Of a stretch of 64,000 bases of DNA, positions 11,900-22,999 are shown piece by piece. The stretch covers positions 1 through 64,000 of the forward strand of contig UYFQ01000600.1 of assembly GCA_900617105.1 (NCBI GenBank), given 5' to 3'. Every line of letters begins with the position of its first letter. Position 1 is the first letter of the stretch. Position numbers and translations under genes: made by a program. The notes beneath the pieces were generated by a model. The model made no database searches. It was not told the origin of the DNA and was given only the letters and a program-made list of their open reading frames with translations. This DNA is from Hydrurus foetidus (lineage: Eukaryota).

Positions 11900-13738
11900 C
11901 TAGGCCGCCTCCACCCCGAACTGCAGCTTGCCAGCCGGGAATACAGCCCGCCGCGGGCCGAAAGCTCGGCGTGGGTGCCCTGTTCGACCACCCGGCCGTC
12001 TTCCATGACCACGATGCGGTCGGCCTTGAGCACGGTGGCCAGGCGGTGGGCGATGACCAGGGTGGTGCGCCCGCTCATGGCCTCGTGCAGGGCCTGCTGA
12101 ACCAGGCGCTCGTTCTCGGCGTCCAGGGCGCTGGTAGCCTCGTCGAGCAGCGGGATCGGGGCCTGGACCACGGCGCGGGCGATGGCCAGGCGCTGGCGCT
12201 GGCCGCCTGACAGGGTGTAGCGCGTTCACCCACCGGGGTGTCGAAGCCCTGCGGCAGGGCTTCCAGGAAGCCGGTGGCCTGGGCGGCGGCGGCAGGCTGC
12301 GGGCCTCGGCTTCGGTCGCGTCCTCACGGCCAAAGCGGATGTTGTCGAGGGCCGAGCCGAGAACAGCGGCGAGTCCTGAGCCACCAGGGCCATGCGCTGA
12401 CGCACCTCCACCGGGTCGGCGTCGCGCAGATCCACGCCATCGAGGCGGATGACGCCCTCTTGCGGGTCGTAGAAGCGCAGGAGCAGGCGCAGGACGGTGC
12501 TCTTGCCCGCCCCCGAGGGTCCGACCAGGGCGACGGTCTCGCCGGGCCTGACGGTCAAATCAAAGCCTCGCAGGGCCGGCAGGTCGGACGGCCGGGATAG
12601 GCGAAGGTGACGTTGTCGAGGCCACAGCGCCCGTGGCGGGAACCGGCAGGGTCGGGGCTTCTCCGGCGCGGCGATGCCGGGCTGCGAGCTCAGCAGCTCG
12701 GCGATGCGCTCCATGGCCCCGGCGGCCTTCTGAACATCGCCCCAGACCTCGCCCAGGGCGATCGAACCGGCGGCCATGATGGCCAGCAGGGCGAACTGGG
12801 CCAGGGTGCCGGGGGTCATCTCGCCCGACAGCACCAGATGCGCGCCCGACCACAGCAGCAGGGTGATGCCGCCAAAGGCCAGGACGATGACCACGGCGGT
12901 CATGCCGGCCCGGGCGGTGATGCGCCGCACCGAGGCCTGATAGGCCATTTCGACCGCCTCGCCGAAGCGGCTGTCCGAGGCCTTTTCGCGCCCGAAGGCC
13001 TGGACGGTGTCCAGCGCGTCCAGGCTCTCGCCGGCATAGCCGACGGCGTCGGCGAAGCGGTCCTGGGCCGTCACCGACAGCTTGCGCACCTTGCGGCCCA
13101 TCAGGAACATCGGGGCCAGGATCACCGGCACCATCAGCACGATGAAGCCGGCCAGCTTGGGGCTGACCACGGCCATGTAGCCCAGCCCGCCCACCAGGCT
13201 CAGAATGTTGCGCACCGCCACCGAGGCCGAGGTGCCGACCAGCTGCTCGATGATGGTCACGTCGGTGGTCAGGCGCGACAAAACCTCGCCGGTGCGGGTT
13301 TTGAGGAAATAGGCCGGATCCAGGGTCAGGGTGTGGCCATAGAGCGCCCGGCGCAGGTCGGCGACGACCCGCTCGCCCAGCCGGGTGACGAAGAAGAACC
13401 GCAGCGAGGTGGCGACGGCCAGCACCAGGGCCACGACCCCCAGGCCGATGAAGGCCGTTGACGGCCGAAGCTGCGCCGGTCGCAAACCCCTTGTCGATAA
13501 CGGTCTTGAAGGCGGCGGTCAGGCCCAGGGTGGCGCTGGTGGAGAACAGCAGGAAGAAGCCCGCGGCCAGGGCGTCGCCGATGTGGCGGCGCACGAAGGG
13601 CAGCAGATGGGCCAGGGGACGGATGTCCTTGCGGCGCGGTCGCCGGGCGGCCGCCTCGGCCATGCCCTGAGCCAGTTCGGCGCCTGCGCCGGGGCGTCCC
13701 TCGACCGAAATATCCCCGCCGTGTACGTCGGTCATCAA
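11900..13738 (-). CDS. ABC exporter, fused permease/ATPase (MsbA-like; frameshifted)
   Basis: TM domain, Walker [38 protein letters not shown]. Confidence 0.92.
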
Positions 13739-13848
13739 CTGTCCCTTGCCAAATTCGCGCGTGTTCTTTATAGCCGCGCCTCTTCGAGGGCCACCCGCAA
13801 GGGCGTCCGCTCACCAACTTTCACACCGCCAGTCGGTTGGACCGCCCG

Positions 13849-14073
13849 ATGAAACAAGACATTCACCCCGACTATCACTTCATCACCGTCACCATGACCG
13901 ATGGCACCACCTATCCGACCCGTTCGACCTACGGGAAAGAAGGCTCCGTGCTGGCGCTGGATATCGATCCGCGCGTCCACCCGGCCTGGACCGGCGGCAA
14001 CGCCCACATGCTGGACCGTGGCGGCCGCGTCTCGCGCTTCAACGCCAAGTTCGCTGGCTTCACCAAGAAGTAA
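13849..14073 (+). CDS. rpmE: 50S ribosomal protein L31
   Basis: [35 protein letters not shown]. Confidence 0.97.
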   Translation: MKQDIHPDYHFITVTMTDGTTYPTRSTYGKEGSVLALDIDPRVHPAWTGGNAHMLDRGGRVSRFNAKFAGFTKK

Positions 14074-14097
14074 GCACGCTCGCCGCAAGGGCGACGA

Positions 14098-14130
14098 AAG
14101 GCCGGTCCCGCGCTCGCGGACCGGCTTTTT
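14098..14130 (+). terminator. Intrinsic terminator after rpmE
   Basis: GCCGGTCC(C)GCG/CGCGGACCGGC stem followed by TTTTT. Confidence 0.8.
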
Positions 14131-14152
14131 CTGTGTCTGGTGTTCAGGCGTC

Positions 14153-14189
14153 AAAAAAGCCCGCCATCTCGGTCGAGATGGCGGGCTTT
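14153..14189 (-). terminator. Intrinsic terminator after rcdA
   Basis: AAAAAAGCCCGCCATCTCG-GT-CGAGATGGCGGGCTTT, a long perfect stem with a T-run on the minus strand. Confidence 0.85.
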
Positions 14190-14209
14190 GTTGCGCGGGA
14201 TGGGGTGGA

Positions 14210-14722
14210 TCAACTGCCCCCGAACGCCGCCGTCAGGCGGTCGAACTGGGCCTGAACCGGGCGGGGCGCGTCTTCGAGGGCGATCTCGACATACATGCGC
14301 TTGTCCAGATGGCGCACGCGCTCGTACAGGCGCTCGGAGCGCTGCAGCAGGTTGACCAGGCCGTAGGGCAGTTCCTCGACCGCCGCGCCGACCACGGCGA
14401 CTTCCTCGGCCAGGCGATAGCTTTCAGCGCAGGCGGCCTCGGGGGCCATCTCGCCTTCCTTGACCGCGCGCTGCACCAGCAGCCAGGACGCCACCTGCAT
14501 CAGGCGAGTGGTCAGGCGCATGCTTTCGGTGGCGTAGGCCAGGGCGGCGTTGCGCGAGAGGATCTTGCTGTCATGCCGGCCCGCGCCGTCGAGATAGCCG
14601 GCCGTCTCCTCGACCAGCATCATGCCTTCCTCGAACGTGCGGTCAAACAGCTCCGATTTCGCGAAGTCCTGGATGACCCCCGCGCGCCAGGGTGTCGACG
14701 CGGATGCGTTCAGATCGGTCAT
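14210..14722 (-). CDS. rcdA: Regulator of CtrA degradation (DUF1465)
   Basis: FDRTFEEGMMLVEETAGYLDG..YATESMRLTTRLMQVASWLL. Confidence 0.96.
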   Translation of the reverse strand: MTDLNASASTPWRAGVIQDFAKSELFDRTFEEGMMLVEETAGYLDGAGRHDSKILSRNAALAYATESMRLTTRLMQVASWLLVQRAVKEGEMAPEAACAESYRLAEEVAVVGAAVEELPYGLVNLLQRSERLYERVRHLDKRMYVEIALEDAPRPVQAQFDRLTAAFGGS

Positions 14723-14895
14723 AGGTACTCAATGCCCCTTCGAAAGGCCGCGAGAACGTCTCGCCTGGAGCGGGGACTGCAACCCCCGTGCCAACCGACG
14801 CCGTCCCGTTTCGCGACCTGCCCCCTTCGAACCTCGACGCATACGCAGCGAAGGCGGCTTGCCGCCTTTAGACATTGATTAGGGTAAATGAATCC

Positions 14896-15102
14896 CTAGT
14901 CGAGGCGACCAAACAGCGCATTGGCCGCGTCGCGTCCCGCGCGCTTCTTGTCCAGCTGGGCCTTTGTGCGGGTGATCTCGGCCTGGAGGGCGTCGATGCG
15001 CTCCTCCAGCTCGGCGACCCCATAGATTTCAAGGTCTTCGTGCGTCGTCTCATTCAGGGCGCGACCGCTGAAAGCGCGCGGCTCGACGGGTTCCTCGAAC
15101 AT
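14896..15102 (-). CDS. DUF1192 family protein
   Basis: DLEIYGVAELEERIDALQAEI..AANALF; usual rcdA neighbour. Confidence 0.9.
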   Translation of the reverse strand: MFEEPVEPRAFSGRALNETTHEDLEIYGVAELEERIDALQAEITRTKAQLDKKRAGRDAANALFGRLD

Positions 15103-15192
15103 CGACTGGCTCCCTAGACCTATGAACGTCCTTTTCGTTCGTTCATCTGACGCCTACCTAGGACGCAAGGCAAGCTTGAGGGATCAGAGACC

Positions 15193-16167
15193 ATGTCGGA
15201 TGCGATGACCGCGATCGCCATCGAAGGCGGCAAGGGGCCCGCCGATGCGCTGGTTCCCGCCACGCTGGAGCGGCCCGTTCCGCGCGCCGGAGAGATCCTG
15301 ATCAAGGTCGCGGCGGCCGGGGTCAATCGCCCCGACATCATCCAGCGCCTGGGCTATTACCCACCCCCGCCGGGCGCGCCGGTCACCCTGGGCCTGGAGG
15401 TCGCCGGCGAAGTCATGGTGGCTGCGGGCCGCTGGAAGATCGGCGACAAGGTCTGCGCCCTGCTGGGCGGTGGCGGCTATGCGCAATATGCCGTGGTCGA
15501 CGCCCGCCACGCCCTGCCCGTTCCCGACGGCTTCGACATGGTCCACGCCGCCGCCCTGCCCGAGACGGTTTTCACCGTGTACGCGAATGTGTTCGAGCAT
15601 GGCGCGCTCAAGCCTGGCGAGACCCTGCTGGTCCATGGCGGAACGTCCGGAATCGGAACAACCGCCATCGCCATGGCCAAGGCGGCCGGGGCCCGGGTCA
15701 TCGCGACCGGACGCGGCGCAGACAAGAAGGCCAAGGCCCTGGAGCTGGGCGCCGACATCGCCGTCGACACCAGGACCGAAGACTTCGCCGAAATCGCCCG
15801 CGAGGCCGGCGGCGTCGATGTGGTGCTCGACATGGTCGGGGCCAGCTATTTCGACAAGAACCTGCACGCCCTCAATGTCGGCGGCCGCATCGTCTATATC
15901 GCCGCCCTGGCCGGCCCGGTGCTGGACGTGCCGATCATGCAGATCATGCAGAAGCGCGCGACGATCACGGGCTCGACCCTGCGCCCCCGCTCGGCCGACG
16001 AAAAGGCTCGCCTGGCCGCAGAGATCGAACGCGTCGTCTGGCCGTGGATCGCGGCAGGCAAGCTGAAGCCGATCGTCGACGCGACCTTCCCGCTGGAGGC
16101 GGCGGGCAAGGCCCACGCACATCTTGAAGCTGGGGAGCATGTTGGAAAGGTTGTGCTGGTGACCTAG
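15193..16167 (+). CDS. NAD(P)H-quinone oxidoreductase, PIG3 family
   Basis: AAGVNRPD..LGLEVAGEV, LVHGGTSGIG, GSTLRPR, HVGKVVL. Confidence 0.93.
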   Translation: MSDAMTAIAIEGGKGPADALVPATLERPVPRAGEILIKVAAAGVNRPDIIQRLGYYPPPPGAPVTLGLEVAGEVMVAAGRWKIGDKVCALLGGGGYAQYAVVDARHALPVPDGFDMVHAAALPETVFTVYANVFEHGALKPGETLLVHGGTSGIGTTAIAMAKAAGARVIATGRGADKKAKALELGADIAVDTRTEDFAEIAREAGGVDVVLDMVGASYFDKNLHALNVGGRIVYIAALAGPVLDVPIMQIMQKRATITGSTLRPRSADEKARLAAEIERVVWPWIAAGKLKPIVDATFPLEAAGKAHAHLEAGEHVGKVVLVT

Positions 16168-16371
16168 AAAAGTCTTCTCAGGTTTACGGCCGGACACAAA
16201 TAATAATTTCGCATGCGAAGCGGCGCCGTGATCGATGGTATGCGAGATAGCGCTGAATGATCTTAAATAATTCCTCGGCAAAAATTCTCGTCTGAAACGC
16301 CTCGAAATCGCCGACTAGTGTCGAAATCGAGGACAAGATTTAATCCTGCAGCCGGAATTTGTGTCGACCTG

Positions 16372-16734
16372 ATGGCTATTATTCTTGTCGTCGAAGATGA
16401 AATGTTCATCCGTCAGGCAGCGGAATGGGCCATCGAGGATCTGGGACATCGGCCGCTGATGGCCGAGGACCTGGCCGGCGCGCTGGCGCACCTGTCGGCG
16501 CCCGGCGGCATCGACATGCTGTTCGTCGACATCCGGCTCGGCGCCCTGCCCCTGGGCGGCTACGACATCGCCAACCAGGCCCTGGAGCTACGGCCGGGCC
16601 TGCGGGTTCTCTACACGTCCGGAAGTCCGCTTACGGCCGACATGTCCGAGCAGTTCGTCGGCGGCGGCCAGTTCCTTCAGAAGCCCTATTCGCCAGAGCA
16701 GCTGGAAGCCTCGGTCGGCAAGCTGTTGCACTAG
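16372..16734 (+). CDS. Single-domain response regulator
   Basis: ILVVEDE, FVDIRL, YTSG, FLQKPY receiver motifs. Confidence 0.9.
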   Translation: MAIILVVEDEMFIRQAAEWAIEDLGHRPLMAEDLAGALAHLSAPGGIDMLFVDIRLGALPLGGYDIANQALELRPGLRVLYTSGSPLTADMSEQFVGGGQFLQKPYSPEQLEASVGKLLH

Positions 16735-16750
16735 ACCTATCCAGACTTCG

Positions 16751-19155
16751 TTGGCGCGTGAGACTCCCGCGCCATGCCTGCTGCATGAATTGGGAAGCGC
16801 CATAGCCAGCTCGACGACGGCCCCGACGCCCGGTCAGACCGAAGAATCCATCGTCAAGGCCGGCGCCCTGCAGAGCGCCATCTTCAACAGCGCCAACTTT
16901 TCCAGCATCGCCACCGACGCCAAGGGCGTGATCCAGATCTTCAATGTCGGGGCCGAGCGCATGCTGGGCTACGCGGCCGCCGAGGTGATGAACACCATCA
17001 CGCCGGCCGACATCTCCGACCCCCAGGAACTGATCGCCCGGGCCCGGGCGCTGAGCGACGAACTGGCCACCACCATCATGCCGGGCTTCGAGGCCCTGGT
17101 TTTCAAGGCCTCGCGCGGGATCGAGGACATCTATGAGCTGACCTATATCCGCAAGGACGGCACCCGCTTTCCCGCCGTGGTCTCGGTCACGGCCCTGCGC
17201 GACGACCAGGACGGCATCATCGGCTATCTGCTGATCGGCACCGACAACACCGCCCGCAAGCTGGTGGAAGAGGAACAGAAAAAGTCCGACCAGCGGCTGC
17301 GGGACCAGCAATTTTACACCCGCTCCCTGATCGAATCCAACATCGACGCCTGATGACCACCGACCCTTCGGGCATCATCACCGACGTCAACAAGCAGATG
17401 GAAGCGCTGACGGGCTGCACGCGCGACGAACTGATCGGCGCGCCGTTCAAGGACTGCTTCACCGATCCCGAGCGCGCCGAGGCCGGCATCAAGCGGGTTC
17501 TGGCCGAGAAATCGGTGACCGACTACGAACTGACCGCCCGCGCCCGCGACGGCAAGCAAACGGTCGTCTCCTACAACGCCACCACCTTCTATGATCGCAA
17601 GCGGACGCTGCAGGGCGTGTTCGCCGCCGCCCGCGACGTCACCGAGCGCAAGCGGGTCGAGGCCGAACTGCAGCAGGCCAAGGCCGACGCCGAGAGCGCC
17701 AGCCGCACCAAGTCCGACTTCCTGGCCAGCATGAGCCACGAGATCCGCACGCCGATGAACGCGGTGATGGGTATCGCCGATCTGCTGGCCAAGACCGAGC
17801 TGACACCGGAGCAGGACAAGTACGTCCAGATCTTCCGCCGCGCGGGCGACAATCTGCTCAACCTGATCAACGATATTCTCGACCTGTCCAAGGTCGAGGC
17901 CTCGCAGCTGGATCTGGAGCAGACCGGCTTCTCACTGAGCGACCACCTGGAAAAGTCCATCGAGATGGTCGCCCCCAGGGCCCAGGAGAAGGGCCTGACC
18001 CTGATCTGCGAGATCGCGCCGGGCGTCAGCAACGACCTGGTGGGCGACCCCACCCGCCTGCGCCAGGTGCTGCTGAACCTGCTGGGCAATGCCATCAAGT
18101 TCACCGCCGCGGGCGAGGTCTCGCTGAAGGTCGACCGCGACGCCGACAGCACCGCTCCAACCGCCCTGCGCTTCTCGGTGGCCGACACCGGCATCGGCAT
18201 CGCCAGCGACAAGCTCTCCCGGGTGTTCGAGCGCTTCACCCAGGCCGACAGTTCGACGACCCGGCGCTTTGGCGGCTCGGGCCTGGGGCTGACGATCTCC
18301 AAGCGGCTGGTCGAGCTGATGGGCGGCAGGATCGACGTGACCAGCACGCTGGGCCAGGGCAGCGTCTTTGCCTTCTCGGTGCCCTTCGAGGTGTGGGCGG
18401 CGGCCAACCGGCCGGTCAGCGCCCCCGTGGGCCATGGCCCCGACACGCCCCTGCCCAGCCTGCGCATCCTGATGGCCGAGGACTCGCCCGACAACTGCAC
18501 CATCGCCCTGGCCTATCTGGAAAACACGCCCTACCTGGTCGATGTAGCCGAGACCGGCCTGATCGCCTGCGAGATGTTCAAGACCGGTCACTATGACCTG
18601 GTGCTGATGGACCGGCAGATGCCGGTGATGGACGGCCTGACCGCCACCCGCACGCTCCGGGCGTGGGAAAAGTCGAATGACCGGCCACCGACCCCGATCA
18701 TCGCCCTGACCGCCTCGGCCCTGAAGGGTGACCGCGAGACCTGTCTGGCGGCGGGGTGCACGGCCTATCTGACCAAGCCCATCAAGCAGGACGTGCTGCT
18801 GCAGGCGATCCGGGACTATTCGGCGGTCGCGAGCCCCCGGCCAGAGTCGGCGGCGTCCGGGCCGGAATCACGATCGTGGCGGCCCAGCGCCCGGCTGGCC
18901 GCGCTGATCCCCAGCTATCTGGACAGTTGCCGCCAGGACGTCATCACGATGCGCGACGCCCTGGACCGGGCCGACTTCCAGCCTGTGACCCTGCTGGGCC
19001 ACAATATGCGCGGCTCGGGCGGCGGCTTTGGCTTCCAGGCCATTACCGACTTCGGCGCGGGCCTGGAGCTGGCTGCAGCGGTCTGCGACGTCGCAGGGTC
19101 GCGCAGCCTGGTCGACCAGCTGTCGCGCTTTCTGGAAGACCAGCGCCAGGCCTGA
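16751..19155 (+). CDS. PAS-PAS hybrid histidine kinase with REC and HPt domains (frameshift at ~17350; start uncertain)
   Basis: Two PAS/PAC domains, FLASMSHEIRTP, NLLGNAIKFT, GGSGLGL, REC (LMDRQMP), C-terminal GHNMRGSGGGFG HPt. Confidence 0.92.
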
Positions 19156-19315
19156 CCCGGCGGGCCCGTAACGGCGCCGACCCGGGGCCGCGACACCGCG
19201 CGACGACTGGTCTTCACCATGCCCCGTTCCCTTTCGCCGAGAACCGGATTATAGCTCCCCCGTTGAACATCCCGCCCGGCCGCAAGGTCGGGCGCCGTCA
19301 TTTCTGGAGGACCGC

Positions 19316-20041
19316 ATGTCCGACATCCTGATGCCCAAGGCGACGGCCGTCTGGCTCGTGGACAATACGTCGCTGAGCTTCGAGCAGATCGCCGATTTCT
19401 GTAATCTGCACCCGCTGGAAGTGCGCGGCATCGCCGATGGCGAAGTGGCGCGCGACATCCGCGGCGCCGATCCGATCGGCAATGGCCAGCTGACCCGCGA
19501 AGAGCTGGACAAGGCCCAGGCCAACGACGCCTATCGCATGAAGGCCCAGGTCAGCCGTCACGCCGAGCTGCTGAAGCCGCAGAAGAAGGCTCCGCGCTAC
19601 ACGCCCGTGTCGCGCCGTCAGGACCGCCCTGACGCCATCGCCTGGTTCCTGCGCCACCACCCCGAAGTGACCGACGCGCAGATCTCCAAGCTCCTGGGCA
19701 CCACCAAGTCGACCATCGACCAGGTGCGCCAGCGCTCGCACTGGAACGCCGCCAACATCAAGCCGGTCGATCCCGTGACCCTGGGCCTGGTCGGCCAGCT
19801 GGAGCTGGACGCCCTGGTCAAGAAGGCCGCCGAGAAGAAGGCCAAGGACGACCTGAAGAAGGGCATCCTGCCGGAAGATCCCACCCTGCGTCCCGCTTCG
19901 GAGACCGGCGTCGTCGAGACTCCCGAGGAGGACGAAGAGGCCGATTACCGCAAGTCGCGCGCCGAGCCCAAGGCCGAGGACGTGTTCGGCAAGTCGACCT
20001 ATGTGGCCGACGACGAGGACGAGGACGACGACGAAGACTGA
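19316..20041 (+). CDS. trcR: DUF1013 cell-cycle transcriptional regulator TrcR
   Basis: LMPKATAVWLVDNTSLSFEQIADFCNLHPLEV..RYTPVSRRQDRPDAI; acidic tail. Confidence 0.93.
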   Translation: MSDILMPKATAVWLVDNTSLSFEQIADFCNLHPLEVRGIADGEVARDIRGADPIGNGQLTREELDKAQANDAYRMKAQVSRHAELLKPQKKAPRYTPVSRRQDRPDAIAWFLRHHPEVTDAQISKLLGTTKSTIDQVRQRSHWNAANIKPVDPVTLGLVGQLELDALVKKAAEKKAKDDLKKGILPEDPTLRPASETGVVETPEEDEEADYRKSRAEPKAEDVFGKSTYVADDEDEDDDED

Positions 20042-20062
20042 GGCGTTCTGGCGATCAAAATG

Positions 20063-20099
20063 AAAGAGGCCCATTCCGCGATCACGGAATGGGCCTTTT
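20063..20099. terminator. Bidirectional terminator
   Basis: AGGCCCATTCCG/CGGAATGGGCCT stem with A- and T-rich flanks between convergent genes. Confidence 0.8.
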
Positions 20100-20113
20100 C
20101 TAATTCAGCAGCG

Positions 20114-20287
20114 TCAATGGAGCTGAGATCTCAGCCCCTCTATCTCTTCCTTCAGCCTCAGCTTCTGCCGCTTGAGCTCCCTAAGTCGGGTCGCATCGCT
20201 GGCGGGGCGCTTGGTCTCTTCCTGGATCGAGCGATCGAGGTTCTCGTGACGGGACCCAAGTTCGCGGATACGGGATTCGATGGCCAT
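20114..20287 (-). CDS. DUF465/YdcH small coiled-coil protein
   Basis: MAIESRIRELGSRHENLD..LKRQKLRLKEEI; SD AAGGAG. Confidence 0.88.
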   Translation of the reverse strand: MAIESRIRELGSRHENLDRSIQEETKRPASDATRLRELKRQKLRLKEEIEGLRSQLH

Positions 20288-20416
20288 GGCTGTCGGCTCC
20301 TTGCTGTTGAGAAGACGAGTGAACACCCGCTGCGCCCGGCTGTCAGATCACATATGGTTGCACGCGGCCCCGCTTGACTTGGCCCACCTTCCTCCCGTGT
20401 CGGACGAAAATTGACC

Positions 20417-21034
20417 ATGACGGACTCTTCCAAGACCGCGGACAGACCCCGACTGATCGTCGGAATATCCGGCGCTTCGGGCGTTATCTACGGCATCCGC
20501 GCCCTGGACGCCTGTCGCGACCTGGGGATCGAGAGCCATCTGGTGCTGTCAAAATCGGCGGCCCTGACCCTGTCGCAGGAGACCGATCTTTCGGTTTCCG
20601 ACCTGAACGCCAAGGCCGATATCGTGCACCGCGCCGCCGATGTGGGGGCCGCCATCGCCTCGGGTTCGTTCCGGACCCTGGGCATGATCATCGCCCCCTG
20701 CTCGGTGCGGACCATGAGCGAAATCGCCAGCGGCGTAACGTCTTCGCTGCTGACGCGGGCCGCCGACGTGGTGCTGAAGGAGCGCAAGACCCTGGTGCTG
20801 ATGGTGCGCGAGACGCCGCTGCATCTGGGCCATCTGCGCACCCTGACCAAGCTGTCGGAGATGGGCGCGGTGATCGCCCCGCCCCTGCCGGCCTTCTACG
20901 CCAAGCCCAGGTCCATCGCCGAGATGGTCGACCAGTCGGTGGGCCGGGTGCTGGACCTGTTCGACCTCAACTGGAAGCCCGTCAAACGCTGGGGCGAAGA
21001 CATTGCTCCCATCTCCGGAAAGAGTGAGGGTTAA
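20417..21034 (+). CDS. ubiX: Flavin prenyltransferase
   Basis: VGISGASG, IASGS, APCSVRT, RAADVVLKERK..VRETPL, PAFY. Confidence 0.95.
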   Translation: MTDSSKTADRPRLIVGISGASGVIYGIRALDACRDLGIESHLVLSKSAALTLSQETDLSVSDLNAKADIVHRAADVGAAIASGSFRTLGMIIAPCSVRTMSEIASGVTSSLLTRAADVVLKERKTLVLMVRETPLHLGHLRTLTKLSEMGAVIAPPLPAFYAKPRSIAEMVDQSVGRVLDLFDLNWKPVKRWGEDIAPISGKSEG

Positions 21035-21038
21035 GGCC

Positions 21039-21488
21039 ATGACGCTTTGGGACTGGGCCCTTGCGGCCTATGCGCGACAGGATGTCGCGGCCGCCTGCCT
21101 GAACCTGCAGGACGCCCACGGACAGAACGTGCCCTACCTGCTGTGGGCCGCCTGGGCCGCCGGCGAGGGCCGCGTCGCCGACGCCAAGGCCGCCGCCGGG
21201 CTGATGAAGCAATGGGACGCCGAGGTCGGGGCCCCGCTGCGCGGCGTGCGCCGGGCGCTGAAGGCTCCCTTCCCGGCCGTCGCCGACGCCGCGCGCGAAC
21301 CCTTCCGCGAAACGCTCAAGGCCGTCGAGCTGCAGGGCGAGCGGGTGCTGATGGAAAGTCTGGAAGCCATGAGTGGTCCCTCGGGCCCGCCGCGGGACGT
21401 TCTGGCAGGCTTGATCGCCGCCGCAGCGGCGTCCGGCGATCCGCCCCGCACGTCGGCTCTGGAACGCCTGGCGACCGCATTGTCGTGA
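21039..21488 (+). CDS. TIGR02444-family protein
   Basis: LWDWALAAYA..ACLNLQDAHGQNVPYLLWAAW, PLRGVRR. Confidence 0.85.
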   Translation: MTLWDWALAAYARQDVAAACLNLQDAHGQNVPYLLWAAWAAGEGRVADAKAAAGLMKQWDAEVGAPLRGVRRALKAPFPAVADAAREPFRETLKAVELQGERVLMESLEAMSGPSGPPRDVLAGLIAAAAASGDPPRTSALERLATALS

Positions 21489-21554
21489 GCCCCTTTACGC
21501 GCGCCCCGCCTTTGCTATCTATCGCGCTTGGCTTCCAGCCAAGGGGAACTGTCC

Positions 21555-21794
21555 ATGACCGATGAACCGTCGACGAACGACGACGATCCGTCGGACGAAT
21601 CCGACCAGGCGATCGAGCGCCGGCTGTCGATCCTGCGCGAAGAGCACCAGGATCTGGACGCCGCCGTCCAGGCCCTGGAAGACCGCCCTCAGCCCGACAT
21701 GCTGCAGGTGGCGCGGCTGAAGAAAAAGAAGCTGGCCCTGAAGGACAAGATCGGCCGTCTGGAAGACATGCTGATGCCCGACATCATCGCCTAG
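21555..21794 (+). CDS. DUF465/YdcH family protein
   Basis: LREEHQDLDAAV..RLKKKKLALKDKI..PDIIA. Confidence 0.9.
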   Translation: MTDEPSTNDDDPSDESDQAIERRLSILREEHQDLDAAVQALEDRPQPDMLQVARLKKKKLALKDKIGRLEDMLMPDIIA

Positions 21795-21803
21795 CACGGG
21801 GCT

Positions 21804-22427
21804 CTAGGCCGGAAAGCGTCCCCTGGCGGCGACTTCCGAGGCCTGGCGCTTGCGCACCACGAACTCGATGGCGCATTCGGTGGTGGGCAGACGCGTCTGA
21901 TCGAAGCGCTGGTGGTCGTAATAGAAGGTGCTGTTGAGGCTCTCCAGCTTCTGCACCTCGGCCTGCGGCCCCAGTTGGCGCAGCAGGTCCAGCACATTGA
22001 GCGACCGCCCGCTCCACGACTCCGGCTTGAAGATCGTGAACGTCCACTTGTGGTCGTCATTGAAGGTGCTGGGAAACACCCCCTGCTCGTACATGTCCTC
22101 GTCGGGGACCATGACCACCATGTGCCCGCCGGGCTTGAGCACCCGCAGCCAGGTCTGCAGGCTGACGGCCGGGTCCAGCAGATGCTCCAGGCAGTGGCTG
22201 GAATGCAGGAAATCATAGGTCTCGTCGGCCACGCTTTCCAGATACTGGCCGTCGCCCTGCGGCAGGTCCCAGGTGTCGCAACCGGTCATCAGGGGAAAGA
22301 ATGGCTTGAAGCTGGACAGGGGATCGGGCGCGCCGCCGACATCCAGGCCCTGCCCCACGAAATAGTGGCTGGCGAACTTGGGATCGTGCATTCGACGAGC
22401 GATGGACTTGGCGCATTCATGTGTCAT
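21804..22427 (-). CDS. Class I SAM-dependent methyltransferase
   Basis: GLDVGGA motif I, YDFLHSSHCLEH, RVLKPGG. Confidence 0.85.
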   Translation of the reverse strand: MTHECAKSIARRMHDPKFASHYFVGQGLDVGGAPDPLSSFKPFFPLMTGCDTWDLPQGDGQYLESVADETYDFLHSSHCLEHLLDPAVSLQTWLRVLKPGGHMVVMVPDEDMYEQGVFPSTFNDDHKWTFTIFKPESWSGRSLNVLDLLRQLGPQAEVQKLESLNSTFYYDHQRFDQTRLPTTECAIEFVVRKRQASEVAARGRFPA

Positions 22428-22503
22428 GCGGGACCCCTGTGACCAGGTCCGTTCATCGCCCAGTTCGCCGGGTTTGTCAGCGGGCCGCCATCAGCGCGCC
22501 CCA

Positions 22504-22866
22504 TCAGTGCGCCTGGCAGGCCTCCAGGGCCCGCACGCCGCGCAGCAGCTTGGCCGGGGTGATCGGCTTCTCCAGGCGAGCATCGGCCCATTCATCCTCG
22601 CGCAGGCGAGCCGGATCGATGGCCGAGGCCAGAAGGGTTGAGGTCAGGACGCCCCGTCGCTTGCGGACGGCGCGGATCAGCTCGCCGCCGGTCATGCGGG
22701 GCATGTAGAAGTCGGTGATCACCAGATCGGGGGCGAACGCGTCCAGCGCGGCCAGCGCTTCCACGCCGTCGCGGCATACCAGGACGTCAAAGCCGGCCTC
22801 GCCCAGCGTGATCTCGTAGATCATCGCAAGGATCGGATCGTCCTCGGCGATCAAAATTCGCTGCAT
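22504..22866 (-). CDS. CheY-like single-domain response regulator
   Basis: ILIAEDD, DLVITDFYMP, LEKP. Confidence 0.9.
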   Translation of the reverse strand: MQRILIAEDDPILAMIYEITLGEAGFDVLVCRDGVEALAALDAFAPDLVITDFYMPRMTGGELIRAVRKRRGVLTSTLLASAIDPARLREDEWADARLEKPITPAKLLRGVRALEACQAH

Positions 22867-22908
22867 TGTCGCGCCCCACACGCCTGACACCAGTCAGAGC
22901 GCTTTTGC

Positions 22909-22923
22909 TTAACCAACCGTTAA
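22909..22923. promoter_or_regulatory. CtrA binding site
   Basis: Perfect TTAA-CCAACCG-TTAA ~43 bp upstream of the response-regulator start. Confidence 0.8.
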
Positions 22924-22999
22924 ATTGGTAACGCGGGGGCAGAACGAGTCCCTGCGCAAAACGTCGCAAGACCCTGAGGCGAGCGGAGGATTCTAAACC

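Noticed and set aside
2204..13738. Cluster of pseudogenes or programmed frameshifts
   Set aside because: The indels lack slippery motifs and hit housekeeping genes; sequencing error is the simpler explanation.
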